Assembly: GCA_043800535.1 (NCBI GenBank)
Contig: JAZDMV010000026.1
Location: 5,781-69,780, forward strand
Direction of reading: 5' to 3'
Length of the DNA: 64,000 nt
DNA from: a bacterium
GTDB lineage: Bacteria > Patescibacteriota > Minisyncoccia > Portnoybacterales > GWB1-42-6
This document shows positions 47,184 through 56,932 of this stretch, one piece after another. Each line of letters starts with the position of its first letter. Within the stretch, counting starts at the first letter, position 1. Below the pieces are notes generated by a model. That model had not been told where the DNA came from. It did no database searches and saw only the letters and a list, made by a program, of their open reading frames with translations. The position numbers were made by a program, and so were the translations under genes.

Positions 47184-47954
47184 ATGACTAAATTTATCAA
47201 GCCAACTTTACTTGCGCTGGCGGTAGTGGAGATCTTTTTTGTCCTTTTCCTTTTGTATATATATGATAAATTTGTTTCAGATCCGCAGAACTACACGTCA
47301 AGCGTTGCAGTTGTTCGTCAGGCAAAGAAGGCAGGTGCTAATATTCTGCCTGATATTTCAGAAACAAAAACGGGCTTGCCAAAAAGCTTTTTAATAGAGA
47401 ACGTCCCTTTTTCTGTGCAGTCACCTGATTCGCTCTGGGATGAATACGGGGAAGAATCATGCGAAGAAATGTCAGAAATTATAGTGGATCATTTCTGGAC
47501 AAAAAAGGCGCTGGACAGAAAAATTGCGTTGGTCGAACGCAATAAACTTATTGAATACGAGATCCAGAATTACGGCGATTTCAGGGATGAGAATGCGGCG
47601 CAGATCGCCCAGCGGCTGAAAGACTATTTTGGTTATAAAAAAGTGGGAGTGATATATGATTTTTCCCTGCAGCAGCTAAAAGAAAAGATAGCGCAAGGCA
47701 AGCCGATAATAGTGCCTGCAGCTGGCAGGAAACTTGGCAATCCTTATTTTACCCAGCCTGGTCCGCTTTATCACAATCTTGTTATAATCGGCTATGAAGG
47801 CACGGATATTATCGTCAACGATCCTGGCATCGGCCGCGGCCAAGGTTATCGCTACAACGAGAACGTCTTATACAACGCCATCCATGATTTTCCGGGCTCA
47901 AAAGAAAATATTGAACAGGGCCGAAAAGCCATGATAATCGTAAATGGAGGATAA
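47184..47954 (+). CDS. C39 peptidase-like membrane-anchored protein
   Basis: VPFSVQ.P, ESCEE, YHNLVIIGY, VNDPG. Confidence 0.88.
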   Translation: MTKFIKPTLLALAVVEIFFVLFLLYIYDKFVSDPQNYTSSVAVVRQAKKAGANILPDISETKTGLPKSFLIENVPFSVQSPDSLWDEYGEESCEEMSEIIVDHFWTKKALDRKIALVERNKLIEYEIQNYGDFRDENAAQIAQRLKDYFGYKKVGVIYDFSLQQLKEKIAQGKPIIVPAAGRKLGNPYFTQPGPLYHNLVIIGYEGTDIIVNDPGIGRGQGYRYNENVLYNAIHDFPGSKENIEQGRKAMIIVNGG

Positions 47955-47958
47955 TAAT

Positions 47959-48162
47959 ATGGAAAACCCTGAACAATTTAAGCTAACGCCGCAGGAACCA
48001 AAATTAAAAGGCAAGGGGCATGAGCCGATGACCGAAGAAGAACTGGACAAATACGTGGAGGAGCAATTCGGCGGCCGCCGAACCTCAAAAGTAAAGGACG
48101 ATGCGGCTGCGGCAGAGGCCTTCAAGAAAGTGTTGGGTGGCAAAGAAAAGAAGGAGCAGTAG
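47959..48162 (+). CDS. small charged hypothetical protein
   Basis: GGAGG SD before MENPEQF. Confidence 0.55.
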   Translation: MENPEQFKLTPQEPKLKGKGHEPMTEEELDKYVEEQFGGRRTSKVKDDAAAAEAFKKVLGGKEKKEQ

Positions 48163-48172
48163 ATTTTAGTCT

Positions 48173-48238
48173 TGTCATGCCGGACCTGATCCGGCATCCA
48201 GAAGAAAAGTCTGGATTTCCGCTTTCGCGGGAATGACA
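48173..48238. repeat. TGTC/CGTC-type REP-like palindrome pair
   Basis: TGTCATGCCGGACCTGATCCGGCATCCAG ... CTGGATTTCCGCTTTCGCGGGAATGACA. Confidence 0.88.
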
Positions 48239-48284
48239 GTTGTTTGTTTCGTGTCGCATTACTCAATTTTTTAAATTGAAACCC

Positions 48285-48884
48285 ATGTCAGGCAAAAAAA
48301 TCATTTTTATTGCTTCTTTGGCCGCGATAGTGATTATTATCGGCGTGCTGGTCTATATTGGCAGAGATAAAATTGATAACAATAACCAGGCCCAGACGCC
48401 CGGAATAACTTTGGGCAGCGCCAGCGCGCCGGTAACTATTGAAGAATACACAAATTTTCTCTGCTCGCACTGCGCTGATTTTGCCAGAGACACCCTGCCG
48501 CAGATCATGGCGACCTATGTGAATACTGGCAAGGCCAGGATGATATTTTATATTTCTGAACCAGTTGAACTGCAAAAAGCGGCTTTTTGTGCCGACAAGG
48601 CGGGAAAATTTATTGATTTCCATGATTACGCTTTTGCGCACCAGAGTGAGATAACAAGCGCGGATGCGGTTTTGCAAATTGCAAAAAATGCTGGTCTGGA
48701 CAGTGCTGAATTTACACAGTGCTATAATTCTTCAGAAGCCGGAAAAGCGGTCAGCGACTGGTCCTCAAAACTTGTCAAAGAAACAATATCAGGCACGCCG
48801 ACGTTTTTCATTAACGGACAAAAAATAGAAGGCGCCTTCCCTTACAGCGAATACGAAAAAGTCATTGAAAGCAAGCTTAAGTAA
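48285..48884 (+). CDS. DsbA family thioredoxin
   Basis: TM, G...APVTI.EY..F.CSHC, GTPTFFING. Confidence 0.93.
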   Translation: MSGKKIIFIASLAAIVIIIGVLVYIGRDKIDNNNQAQTPGITLGSASAPVTIEEYTNFLCSHCADFARDTLPQIMATYVNTGKARMIFYISEPVELQKAAFCADKAGKFIDFHDYAFAHQSEITSADAVLQIAKNAGLDSAEFTQCYNSSEAGKAVSDWSSKLVKETISGTPTFFINGQKIEGAFPYSEYEKVIESKLK

Positions 48885-48938
48885 ATGCGTTATGGCAGTA
48901 TAAATCATACAGACGGCGAACACCCTTCGCCGTTTTTG

Positions 48939-49007
48939 TTTATCCCCACACCTTATACTCGTCATACGTCAAATTTATCGCGCGTGACTTTAAGGTGTGG
49001 GGATTTA
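48939..49007. mobile_element. CCCC...GGGG element with TTTA direct repeats
   Basis: ttta-TCCCCACACCTTA ... TAAGGTGTGGGGA-ttta. Confidence 0.8.
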
Positions 49008-49259
49008 TTATATTGAATCTTAGGGGTTTTTGGAGTATGCTGGAAACAAGGACTTTTCGGCTCGAACCGCTTTGAGCCGTATTAAAAAATATAGGAGGGC
49101 CGATAAACCGGCTCTTTTTTGTGGACAAATAGCCAATGACCTTGACATAGTATATAATTTGTGCCATACTCATTCATTAGTTTTTCATTCGCTTTTGTCG
49201 TAGGCTTTATTTAAGAAGAAGGAGCGGATTCGGGAGTGTAATGATAGGCCAAAAAAACC

Positions 49260-50291
49260 ATGAAAATCTCAATATTGATTCCCTGTCATAATGAGGAAAA
49301 ATCAATAGCAAAATGCGTTAATGCTTGTCTAAACCAGACTCGTCCACCGGACGAGATCGTTGTGGTTAACGACGGCAGCACAGATGCCACTTTGGAAATT
49401 CTTAAGCAATTTGAGGGCGGGATTAAGGTTGCCAATATTGAGCATGCCACCGGCAACAAAAGCTATGCCCAGGAATTCGGCCTGCAATTCGTCACCGGCG
49501 ACATATTTATTGCCACCGATGGGGATACTTTTTTGGACAAAGATTTTATCAGACTAATAGAACAAGATTTTGAGGCCGATCCTAAAATTGCGGCGGTGGG
49601 CGGATATGTGAAAAGTTTAAAATATAATTGGCTGACGGCTTGCCGTGAGCTGGATTATATTTTCGGGCAAAATATCAATAAGCTCGCGCAGGCGAATCTG
49701 GGTTTTATGTTTGTTATTCCGGGTTGCGCGGGCGCTTTTCGCACGGATATTTTTAAAAAATATATCAATTTTGACCATGATACATTGACCGAAGACCTGG
49801 ATTTTACGTTCAAATTGCATCTTAATTATTTTAAGATAAAGTATAACCGCAAAGCTGTTTGCTATACCCAGGATCCTTTTACCATCAAATCCTATATCAA
49901 TCAAATGAGACGGTGGTATGGCGGCGGCTGGCAGAATTTGGTCAAAAACGCCCGGCTTATCAGCCGGCCGGTGAACGCTTTTGAGCTTTCCCTGATCTAC
50001 ATAGAAGGGCTTATTTCTTCTTTCTGCCTTTTTTTGCTTCCGGCCGTGAACTTGTATTTTTTCGCGTATTCTGTCGGCCTTTACCTGACCTTTGCGATCT
50101 TACTGGGAATTTATTGCTCGATTGCCAGAAAAAGGATCGATCTTTTATTGTATTCGCCTTTTTATTTGGTCCTGGTTTTTATCAACGCCTGGATCTTTCT
50201 TGAACAATTTGTCGAGGAGCTCATCTTAAGGAAGAAAAATCGGATCTGGTTCACTCCAGAACGATTTAAAGATAACGTGGAGTTAGCATAA
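49260..50291 (+). CDS. processive GT2 glycosyltransferase (PgaC/IcaA/cellulose synthase-like)
   Basis: NDGSTD, TDGD, TED, QMRRW, C-terminal TMs. Confidence 0.93.
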   Translation: MKISILIPCHNEEKSIAKCVNACLNQTRPPDEIVVVNDGSTDATLEILKQFEGGIKVANIEHATGNKSYAQEFGLQFVTGDIFIATDGDTFLDKDFIRLIEQDFEADPKIAAVGGYVKSLKYNWLTACRELDYIFGQNINKLAQANLGFMFVIPGCAGAFRTDIFKKYINFDHDTLTEDLDFTFKLHLNYFKIKYNRKAVCYTQDPFTIKSYINQMRRWYGGGWQNLVKNARLISRPVNAFELSLIYIEGLISSFCLFLLPAVNLYFFAYSVGLYLTFAILLGIYCSIARKRIDLLLYSPFYLVLVFINAWIFLEQFVEELILRKKNRIWFTPERFKDNVELA

Positions 50292-50401
50292 ACCCCCACA
50301 CCAGAATGCCGCCGGAGTCAGCCCGCCTCATGGCGAAATGAATAGTAACAACCTTAATATTGCCCCAATGCTATGGACGTAAGTCATGGTGTGGGGGTAA
50401 A
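50289..50401. mobile_element. CCCC...GGGG element with TAAA direct repeats
   Basis: taaa-CCCCCACACCA ... TGGTGTGGGGG-taaa; left repeat includes the GT2 stop codon. Confidence 0.8.
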
Positions 50402-50404
50402 AGT

Positions 50405-50830
50405 ATGTTTCCAACAATCGGATTATCAATTTTCATCCATTTATTCATACTGCTTTTATCGTTTTTGAAAAAGCTGGTTGATTTTGTGTTGCTGAAGCTG
50501 AGGTGGGATCTGTTTAAGGTCAAATTGAGCCTTTTTTTGAGGCTCAAAATTGGCGTGCCCTTGACAGATAGAGCGGGCGATTCGATTTTCCGCAGATTCT
50601 TTGCTTTATCGATCCTGGCTGCGGTATTTGTGTTAATGATAACGTCGTTGTTCTCAATCGGTCCGCACCTGAAAGCTAATTCAAACCTGGAATTAGTGGC
50701 TAGTATATTTAAAGGCAGTCAGACACTTGCCAGCCAGGAGGAAGGTATGATATTGTCTGAAGGCAATAAGATCATCCCGTTGGCCATTTTGCCGGTGTCA
50801 GAAGACGTTGATGGCTCTGTACAGCGCTAA
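50405..50830 (+). CDS. hypothetical membrane protein
   Basis: two hydrophobic segments; inside the polysaccharide cluster. Confidence 0.55.
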   Translation: MFPTIGLSIFIHLFILLLSFLKKLVDFVLLKLRWDLFKVKLSLFLRLKIGVPLTDRAGDSIFRRFFALSILAAVFVLMITSLFSIGPHLKANSNLELVASIFKGSQTLASQEEGMILSEGNKIIPLAILPVSEDVDGSVQR

Positions 50831-50889
50831 ACATCTTGTTGTGAATTTAGGGGGTATAATAATAACTAGAATTAATACTAAGAAAAACA

Positions 50890-51011
50890 TGAATCCCGTT
50901 AGAAGCCGCGATCGCTCGACGGGAAAGAAGCAATGATCGCAGTCAAATTGGATAATTATTAATAATTTTTGCGGGTTGCGATTGATCGCGATCTGCTTCT
51001 AACGGGATGAA
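50890..51011. mobile_element. CCC...GGG element with TGAA direct repeats at a start codon
   Basis: tgaa-TCCCGTTAGAAGC ... GCTTCTAACGGGA-tgaa. Confidence 0.82.
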
Positions 51012-52206
51012 AAAAATAAAATTGATCGTCGTTTCAATATTAATCGGTGTTTTTGCCTTGTCGGTTTTAAAACCGCTTGTGAATTTAACCAATACTCAGG
51101 CGCTGGCCGCTGAAACCGGGCCGGCTGCTTTGATTACGATAACTTTTGACGACGGCAATAAAACGATCTGGGATAATGCTTTGCCGATCATGTCCTCGCA
51201 TAATATGAAGGGCGTATTTTTTGGTGAAACCGGGCCGTTGAACTCGGGCGAAGATTGGGTCATGACCTGGGATCAGGTCAGGGCCCTGCAGAATACTTAC
51301 GGCTGGGAAATAGGCAGTCACTCGGTCAGCCACCCTTATTTGACGCAGGTTTCAGACGCACAGCTGGACCAGGAATTGCGGGTTTCAAAACAGGATTTTG
51401 CAGCGCATGGGATAAATGTCAAAGGATTCGCTACTCCATATGGCGATTACAATACAAAAGTTTTGTCCGCCATCGCCCAATATTATGACTATCACCGGGC
51501 CGCCTGGGGCGGGGCCAACTCCTGGCCGTATAATAAATATGAGATCTTGGCGCAGGAAGTTTCAAATTTAACCACGCCTAGCCAAGTTAGGGAATGGATT
51601 GCCAGCGCGGTGGCTAATAAGCAATGGCTGGTTTTGCTGTTTCATGAAACAGTGACCGGCCCGGCCGGGGAGTATCAATATAATATAGATCAATTTACGC
51701 AGATCGTTGACGCAATTAAAACGAGTTCCATTCGCGTGGTGACGTTCGCGGACGTTTTTGGCCAGTCGAGCCCGCCTCCTCCGCCGACTCCACCGCCCGG
51801 AGGGGAAGTTACTTCTATAACCGATTGGCGCTCAAGCGATGTTAATTTTGTTAGTGTCAATAATAATGGCAGCGGCAGTGTGCGGATTATCGGCGGGACA
51901 GCTTTGCATGAAGCGGTGTCCGGCTTTGTTTCTGTCAACAGCGCCAGCCAGTATGTTTTAAGAATTAATCAAACGGTCAATGACAGGACGCGCGGCGGCT
52001 GGGCGGTTTGGGTTGATGAATTTGATGGCAGAGGCAAATATATAAGCGGCCAGTGGCTCGGCGGCAATTACAAGAATTTTAGTGGAATGCGTTCTTACAG
52101 TTATAAGCCGACCTCAAGCAGGGTTGTTAAAGTTTCTTTTCTTCTTCTTGTTGAAAAAAACAGCAGATTAGTCTTGAACGCTAATTCGGCGCAATTGGTT
52201 AGATAA
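51007..52206 (+). CDS. secreted polysaccharide deacetylase with Pro linker and CBM-like domain
   Basis: ITFDDG, EIGSHSVSH, FATPYG, WLVLLFH. Confidence 0.92.
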   Translation: MKKIKLIVVSILIGVFALSVLKPLVNLTNTQALAAETGPAALITITFDDGNKTIWDNALPIMSSHNMKGVFFGETGPLNSGEDWVMTWDQVRALQNTYGWEIGSHSVSHPYLTQVSDAQLDQELRVSKQDFAAHGINVKGFATPYGDYNTKVLSAIAQYYDYHRAAWGGANSWPYNKYEILAQEVSNLTTPSQVREWIASAVANKQWLVLLFHETVTGPAGEYQYNIDQFTQIVDAIKTSSIRVVTFADVFGQSSPPPPPTPPPGGEVTSITDWRSSDVNFVSVNNNGSGSVRIIGGTALHEAVSGFVSVNSASQYVLRINQTVNDRTRGGWAVWVDEFDGRGKYISGQWLGGNYKNFSGMRSYSYKPTSSRVVKVSFLLLVEKNSRLVLNANSAQLVR

Positions 52207-52281
52207 AATAGGGCACAATCTGGGATCTTAAAAATCCCGCCTTCAGACGGGATTTTTTGGTGGGTTAATGATGTCCCAATC

Positions 52282-52461
52282 TGTCATTTCCGTGAAAACG
52301 GGAATCCAGGTTTTACTCCTCCTCTTAATTTAAGAGGAGGTTGGGAGGAGTTATAATTCATAACTCACCCTACCCCTCTCTTATCTTAAGAGAGGGAATA
52401 AATCCATAATCTGGATTTTGGATCAAGCACTCACTCATGAAAATGGGTGTCCGGAATGACA
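52282..52461. repeat. REP-like pair with a nested empty DUF559-type element (52316-52397)
   Basis: TGTCATTTCCGTGAAAACGGGAATCCAG ... CTCCTCCTCTTAATTTAAGAGGAGG ... CCCTCTCTTATCTTAAGAGAGGG ... CCGGAATGACA. Confidence 0.8.
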
Positions 52462-52625
52462 CTATCGCTAAGATTAATTTGCCCAATTTGCCCAATGGCC
52501 TTGACAAGCGTTTGTTTGTGTGCTATGTTTATACATCGATGATTAAGGTGATTTATAGGGGATTTAAAGCTGATTGTAGCTTAAAAATTTGAACAAAATC
52601 CAAAAAGGAGAAGGAGGAAGAAACG

Positions 52626-53822
52626 ATGAGAACGCAGAATGGTTGGAAGTGGTTGGCTATGGTATTAGTGTTGGTGGCCCTTTTGACGGCTGGAATGGCG
52701 AATGCCTCTCAGCCGGAAGCAATGATCACCTTTACGTTTGACGATGGGGCGCGGCCGATTTACGACAACGCTTTGCCTATTCTGGCAGAGCGTGGAATGA
52801 GAGCAGTTTTTTTCGGAGAGACTGGGCCGCTGAACGCAGGCGAGTCCTGGGTTATTACCTGGGACGAGGTCAGAAAACTGCAGAATGTCTATGGATGGGA
52901 GATTGGCTCTCATTCCATAACTCATCCTTATTTGACGCAGGTGACAGATGAGCAGCTCACTCAGGAGCTCCAAGGGTCAAAGGCGGACTTCGCCGCTCAG
53001 GGGATAAATGTTAGAGGTTTTGCAACCCCCTACGGTGATTGGGACACCCGAGTTATGTCGGCGATTACTAAGTATTACGAGTGGAATCGTGATGCTTGGG
53101 GCGGGGCGAATTCTTGGCCGTATGATGTTTACCATATTACGGTCCGGGAACCAACGAATACCACTCCAGCCGAAGAAGTGCGGGGCTGGATTGATGAGGC
53201 CATTGCCAATCAGCAATGGCTGGTGCTGCTGCTTCATGGAGTGGTGATCGGTACGCCACAGCCATATCAGTACGGGGTCAACGATTTCAAAAAAAGTGTT
53301 GACTATGTGGCGGCGAGCGGCATCAAGGTCGTCACAATTTCTGAGGCCTTGGGTCTGGAACCGATCGATCCGCCTCAACCGCCTGGACCAGCAGGGAATC
53401 TTGTCCAAAATCCGAGCTTTGAGGACGGCTTGGACGGCTGGTACACAAACAGCAGATTTGTTCAAATTGTTACCGATTCCATCGGTAACATGGTCAGGAT
53501 TATCGGGGGAAGGGGTCACCGGCTTATTTCCAGCTCGGAGATCCCGGTCAGCGCTGGTAAAGAATATTTGTTATCATTCTCCCAGTGGATAGAAAAATAT
53601 CGCCGTGGCGGCGCGGCGGTCTGGATTGATGAGTTCAGAGTGGACGGAGAATGGGTCTCTGGTACGTTCCTTGGAGGAACGTATAATAATTTTGCCGGCA
53701 CAAAAGAATATGCCTACAAAGTGCCGCCCGGTGTCGATTCTGTTTCCATTGAGCTTTACACCGAAGAAGGCAGCAAGTTGACTGCCTACTTCGACGACGT
53801 CAGTCTGACGTTGAAGAAGTAG
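52626..53822 (+). CDS. secreted polysaccharide deacetylase with CBM-like domain, paralog of 51007-52206
   Basis: FTFDDG, EIGSHSITH, NLVQNPSFE CBM-like start; strong SD. Confidence 0.92.
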   Translation: MRTQNGWKWLAMVLVLVALLTAGMANASQPEAMITFTFDDGARPIYDNALPILAERGMRAVFFGETGPLNAGESWVITWDEVRKLQNVYGWEIGSHSITHPYLTQVTDEQLTQELQGSKADFAAQGINVRGFATPYGDWDTRVMSAITKYYEWNRDAWGGANSWPYDVYHITVREPTNTTPAEEVRGWIDEAIANQQWLVLLLHGVVIGTPQPYQYGVNDFKKSVDYVAASGIKVVTISEALGLEPIDPPQPPGPAGNLVQNPSFEDGLDGWYTNSRFVQIVTDSIGNMVRIIGGRGHRLISSSEIPVSAGKEYLLSFSQWIEKYRRGGAAVWIDEFRVDGEWVSGTFLGGTYNNFAGTKEYAYKVPPGVDSVSIELYTEEGSKLTAYFDDVSLTLKK

Positions 53823-53897
53823 TTCGTTGAATATTAGCAAAAGCCCGATGCAGAAAAAATCTGTGTCGGGCTTCTTTTTTTATCTTCTTTTATCTTT

Positions 53898-54011
53898 TGT
53901 CATTCCGGGCTTGCTTGCCCGCCATAGCCTTGGCGACGGAGGGACCCGGAATCCAGAATTCCTTGGGAGAAAAAAATAAAATCTGGATGCCGGATCAGGT
54001 CCGGCATGACA
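53898..54011. repeat. REP-like pair with a nested palindrome
   Basis: TGTCATTCCGGG[cttgcttgcccgccatagccttggcgacggaggg]ACCCGGAATCCAG ... CTGGATGCCGGATCAGGTCCGGCATGACA. Confidence 0.82.
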
Positions 54012-54044
54012 ATATGAAGGGTTGGCAGTAAGGGCCGGATTTTT

Positions 54045-55055
54045 TTACGGTAAGGCCGCTCGAAACGCCTCAAGCGAGGCGGCGTCAGACCAGACCCGCC
54101 AGTCTTTTTCTTTGTTTTCATTAAACCAAATCCAGCCTTTGATTTCCGGCTGGCTGGTAATTTGCTTGAACGCGTCGCTTATCCAGGCGGCTTTTTTTGT
54201 CCCTTGGGCGCTGGCAATAGAGAAAACATAGATCGGTTTCTTAAGCACCTTTAGGGCTTCGTTAGTCCGGCTGAAAACTTCGTTATAACTTTGCCACGGC
54301 TCGCCGGTGTTAAAGCCGTCAGCTCCGACATAGTCAACATACTGGTCGCCCGGATAAAGGAGCTTAATTTGGTTCTCCACGGAACCGGGAACATTATTGA
54401 CATTGATAGCCCAGCCGAATCTGACGTTTGGAATGTTTTTAAAAAAATCGTGGACATATCGATAAGCCAGAATGTGTTTTTCTGCGTTGTTACCGTTTTT
54501 CGTGATTGAACAGGGGAACCAGTTGCCGTTCATTTCTGAAAAAGGGATTAAGATAACTGGCCAGCCAAAGTCTTTGGCGTTTTTGGCAAAAGTCGTAAAA
54601 TAGCTGTCCCAGTCGCCTCGCAATACTGCGTCGTAGGAAAAGCGTGGCTGTTCGGCGGAAGCAACATTATAATCCGTCGCTTCCCAAAAAATAACCAGTG
54701 TTTTGTCGTCTTTTTTGATAAGCGGGCCAAGATAAGAAGGAAATTCATTTTCGTTCCCCCAGTGGAGAAAAAGCGCGACCAATGGCATTTTTTTACCGAC
54801 TTTTTGTTCAAAATCAATAATGTCGGAATCCTGCCAGCCATTATAGGCGCCCCAGGCAAGAGTGTTTAGAGAAGGGAAGTTGGCCGGCTGGGCAGGCAAA
54901 AATTTTAGTTGTGCCGCGTCGTTATTCTGACCAAAAAATCGGTCAGAAAGAAGAACTGATCCGGAATATTTGTAGATCGCGAATAAAGCGCCGGCGGCTG
55001 AAAGAGCGACCAATATTATCAGTATTATACTTGATGTGTTTTTATTTTTTCTCAT
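54045..55055 (-). CDS. glycoside hydrolase family 26-like protein
   Basis: GDWD.Y, SEMNGNWF, YPGD.YVDYVG.DGFN, W.WFNENKE. Confidence 0.88.
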   Translation of the reverse strand: MRKNKNTSSIILIILVALSAAGALFAIYKYSGSVLLSDRFFGQNNDAAQLKFLPAQPANFPSLNTLAWGAYNGWQDSDIIDFEQKVGKKMPLVALFLHWGNENEFPSYLGPLIKKDDKTLVIFWEATDYNVASAEQPRFSYDAVLRGDWDSYFTTFAKNAKDFGWPVILIPFSEMNGNWFPCSITKNGNNAEKHILAYRYVHDFFKNIPNVRFGWAINVNNVPGSVENQIKLLYPGDQYVDYVGADGFNTGEPWQSYNEVFSRTNEALKVLKKPIYVFSIASAQGTKKAAWISDAFKQITSQPEIKGWIWFNENKEKDWRVWSDAASLEAFRAALP

Positions 55056-55423
55056 GCCTTTAAATTATAACCCATATTGTTAAGTATTAACAAGAAAAAA
55101 AGATTAATTATGAATATTTAATTATTGGAGTGTTGTCCAGGCATCTCATTCAGGGAGCAGAATTGGGCAATAAGCCGCGAAAAAAACCTGACAGAAGAGG
55201 TTATTTTTGGTATAGTGTGCAAAGACGAATTTGGCATTCTTCAATCTTTTTCAAGTGATTGGTTGACAAAAGCACGGTTTATGTAGTAATATATAACATT
55301 AAAATGATGATAATTTTGAGGCAAGAAACTAGCCTCAAATGTGAATAAAGGACAGTTCTTTTTTAACTTAATTATCGGTGAAAACGCCTAAAAATACAAA
55401 AAATACATAAAGGAGGGGTTGCT

Positions 55424-56725
55424 ATGGAAAAGACATGGGGAAAGTGTGTTTTGTTGGTGGCAGTGGCGATGGCCATTCTCTTTTCGTCCGAGGCATTGGC
55501 CTATAAATGGACGGAAATCGGGCGAGCGCCATTGCTGGGCAGCGTCAACGATAAATTGGCGCTGCAGCAGCAGATTGGCTTTGAGGTCAATAAAGCAAAA
55601 ATTATTAATGGTCTCAAAAAAGCCGAGCCGGGATGGAATGCGGAACAGACCCAAGCAGAAATCGCGTCTGTAATTCAAAGCGACCAGGGAGTTGAGGAAA
55701 TTTCTTTTTCTCCTGGCGCAAAATTTGCTTGGATGATTTTTCAGCCCAAAGACGGGCTGACATCCGTGATCAGAGACGTAGAATGGACAGGAAAAGAATC
55801 CATTGAAGGATTCAAGTTCGCTATCGTCTGTGGCCAACAGAAGCTCGATTTCTTCATTGCCAAAAAGTGCGGGAACCTTGCGTTTTTGGGCAAAAAGATA
55901 GCCGAAGTGAAAACCATTTCCGGGCCACCAGGATCTCCCGGACCTCCTGGTCCGCAAGGCCAGAAAGGTGAGCAGGGATTTCAAGGTCCACAGGGCCCTG
56001 AAGGCCCCCAAGGACCGGCTGGAGAATCATTTCAGCCGACTATCGTGAATAATTACTATAGCGATAGCAACGGTTATATTTACAAGCAGGCGTATCTAGT
56101 GGCGCCTTTCATAGCGGCATCTATGGGTTTCGGTGTCGGATATTATGCCGGATATGGATATGGCGGGTATGGTTACGGCGGATATAATTACAATGATTAT
56201 GGTCATGGCGGATATGACCGTGGCTATGGCAACAGATATGACCGTGGATATGGCCGTGACAGAGGAGAAAGTCGCAGTCGCCATGAATCTTTTGATCGTG
56301 GACATCGCGATTCCTATGACAGGGGCCATGCTCAAAAAGAGCATTATGGTCAAAGCGGACAAAGGTCGCGAGCGGATAGGGGAACATGGTCAGCCGACCG
56401 AACGGGTAGAAACGGCAGAATCGGAAGCTCGCAGGCCGGGCATGGATTCCATAATCAACACGGCTCGCATCAGCGGATAGGCAGAAGTCAGTCGTCAGTC
56501 GGATATTCTAGGGGCGGCAGCTCATATGGCAGCAGAGGATATTCGCAGCATTCTCCATCAACGGCAAGAGTCTCGCGCGGCGCAGGTTATTCTGGGTCAA
56601 GAGGTGCTGGAGTGAGCAGAGTAGCGTCCGGGTCATCGCGAGGTTATAGCGGCGGCGGAATGTCGCATGGAGGCGGCGGTCGCAACGGAGGCGGAGGCCG
56701 CTCGGGCGGAGGCGGTAGACATTGA
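55424..56725 (+). CDS. secreted protein with collagen-like repeat and Gly/Arg/Ser/Tyr-rich tail
   Basis: SD, signal peptide, 12 Gly-X-Y triplets at 55922-56029, YGGY and RG/RGG repeats. Confidence 0.85.
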   Translation: MEKTWGKCVLLVAVAMAILFSSEALAYKWTEIGRAPLLGSVNDKLALQQQIGFEVNKAKIINGLKKAEPGWNAEQTQAEIASVIQSDQGVEEISFSPGAKFAWMIFQPKDGLTSVIRDVEWTGKESIEGFKFAIVCGQQKLDFFIAKKCGNLAFLGKKIAEVKTISGPPGSPGPPGPQGQKGEQGFQGPQGPEGPQGPAGESFQPTIVNNYYSDSNGYIYKQAYLVAPFIAASMGFGVGYYAGYGYGGYGYGGYNYNDYGHGGYDRGYGNRYDRGYGRDRGESRSRHESFDRGHRDSYDRGHAQKEHYGQSGQRSRADRGTWSADRTGRNGRIGSSQAGHGFHNQHGSHQRIGRSQSSVGYSRGGSSYGSRGYSQHSPSTARVSRGAGYSGSRGAGVSRVASGSSRGYSGGGMSHGGGGRNGGGGRSGGGGRH

Positions 56726-56932
56726 TAATTAACAGGAGGGAGATTCGTAAAAGAACGGGTCTTCCTCCTCTATCTTTCTGAAAACAAAAATATTGTTGCC
56801 AGAAAAATGGAGGATAAAGAATAAAACAGGAAACAAAAAACGTCCCGTTTCGCTCCGCCAGTTGGCGGACGGCGGAGGGGGCGTTTTTTGTTTGTGCAAC
56901 ATTATTTTTTGTGGTAAAATTTAAGCAAATCA

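Noticed and set aside
51007-53822. Paralog pair as a diversity-generating retroelement TR/VR
   Set aside because: Divergence is spread over whole genes, I saw no adenine-specific pattern, and there is no reverse transcriptase
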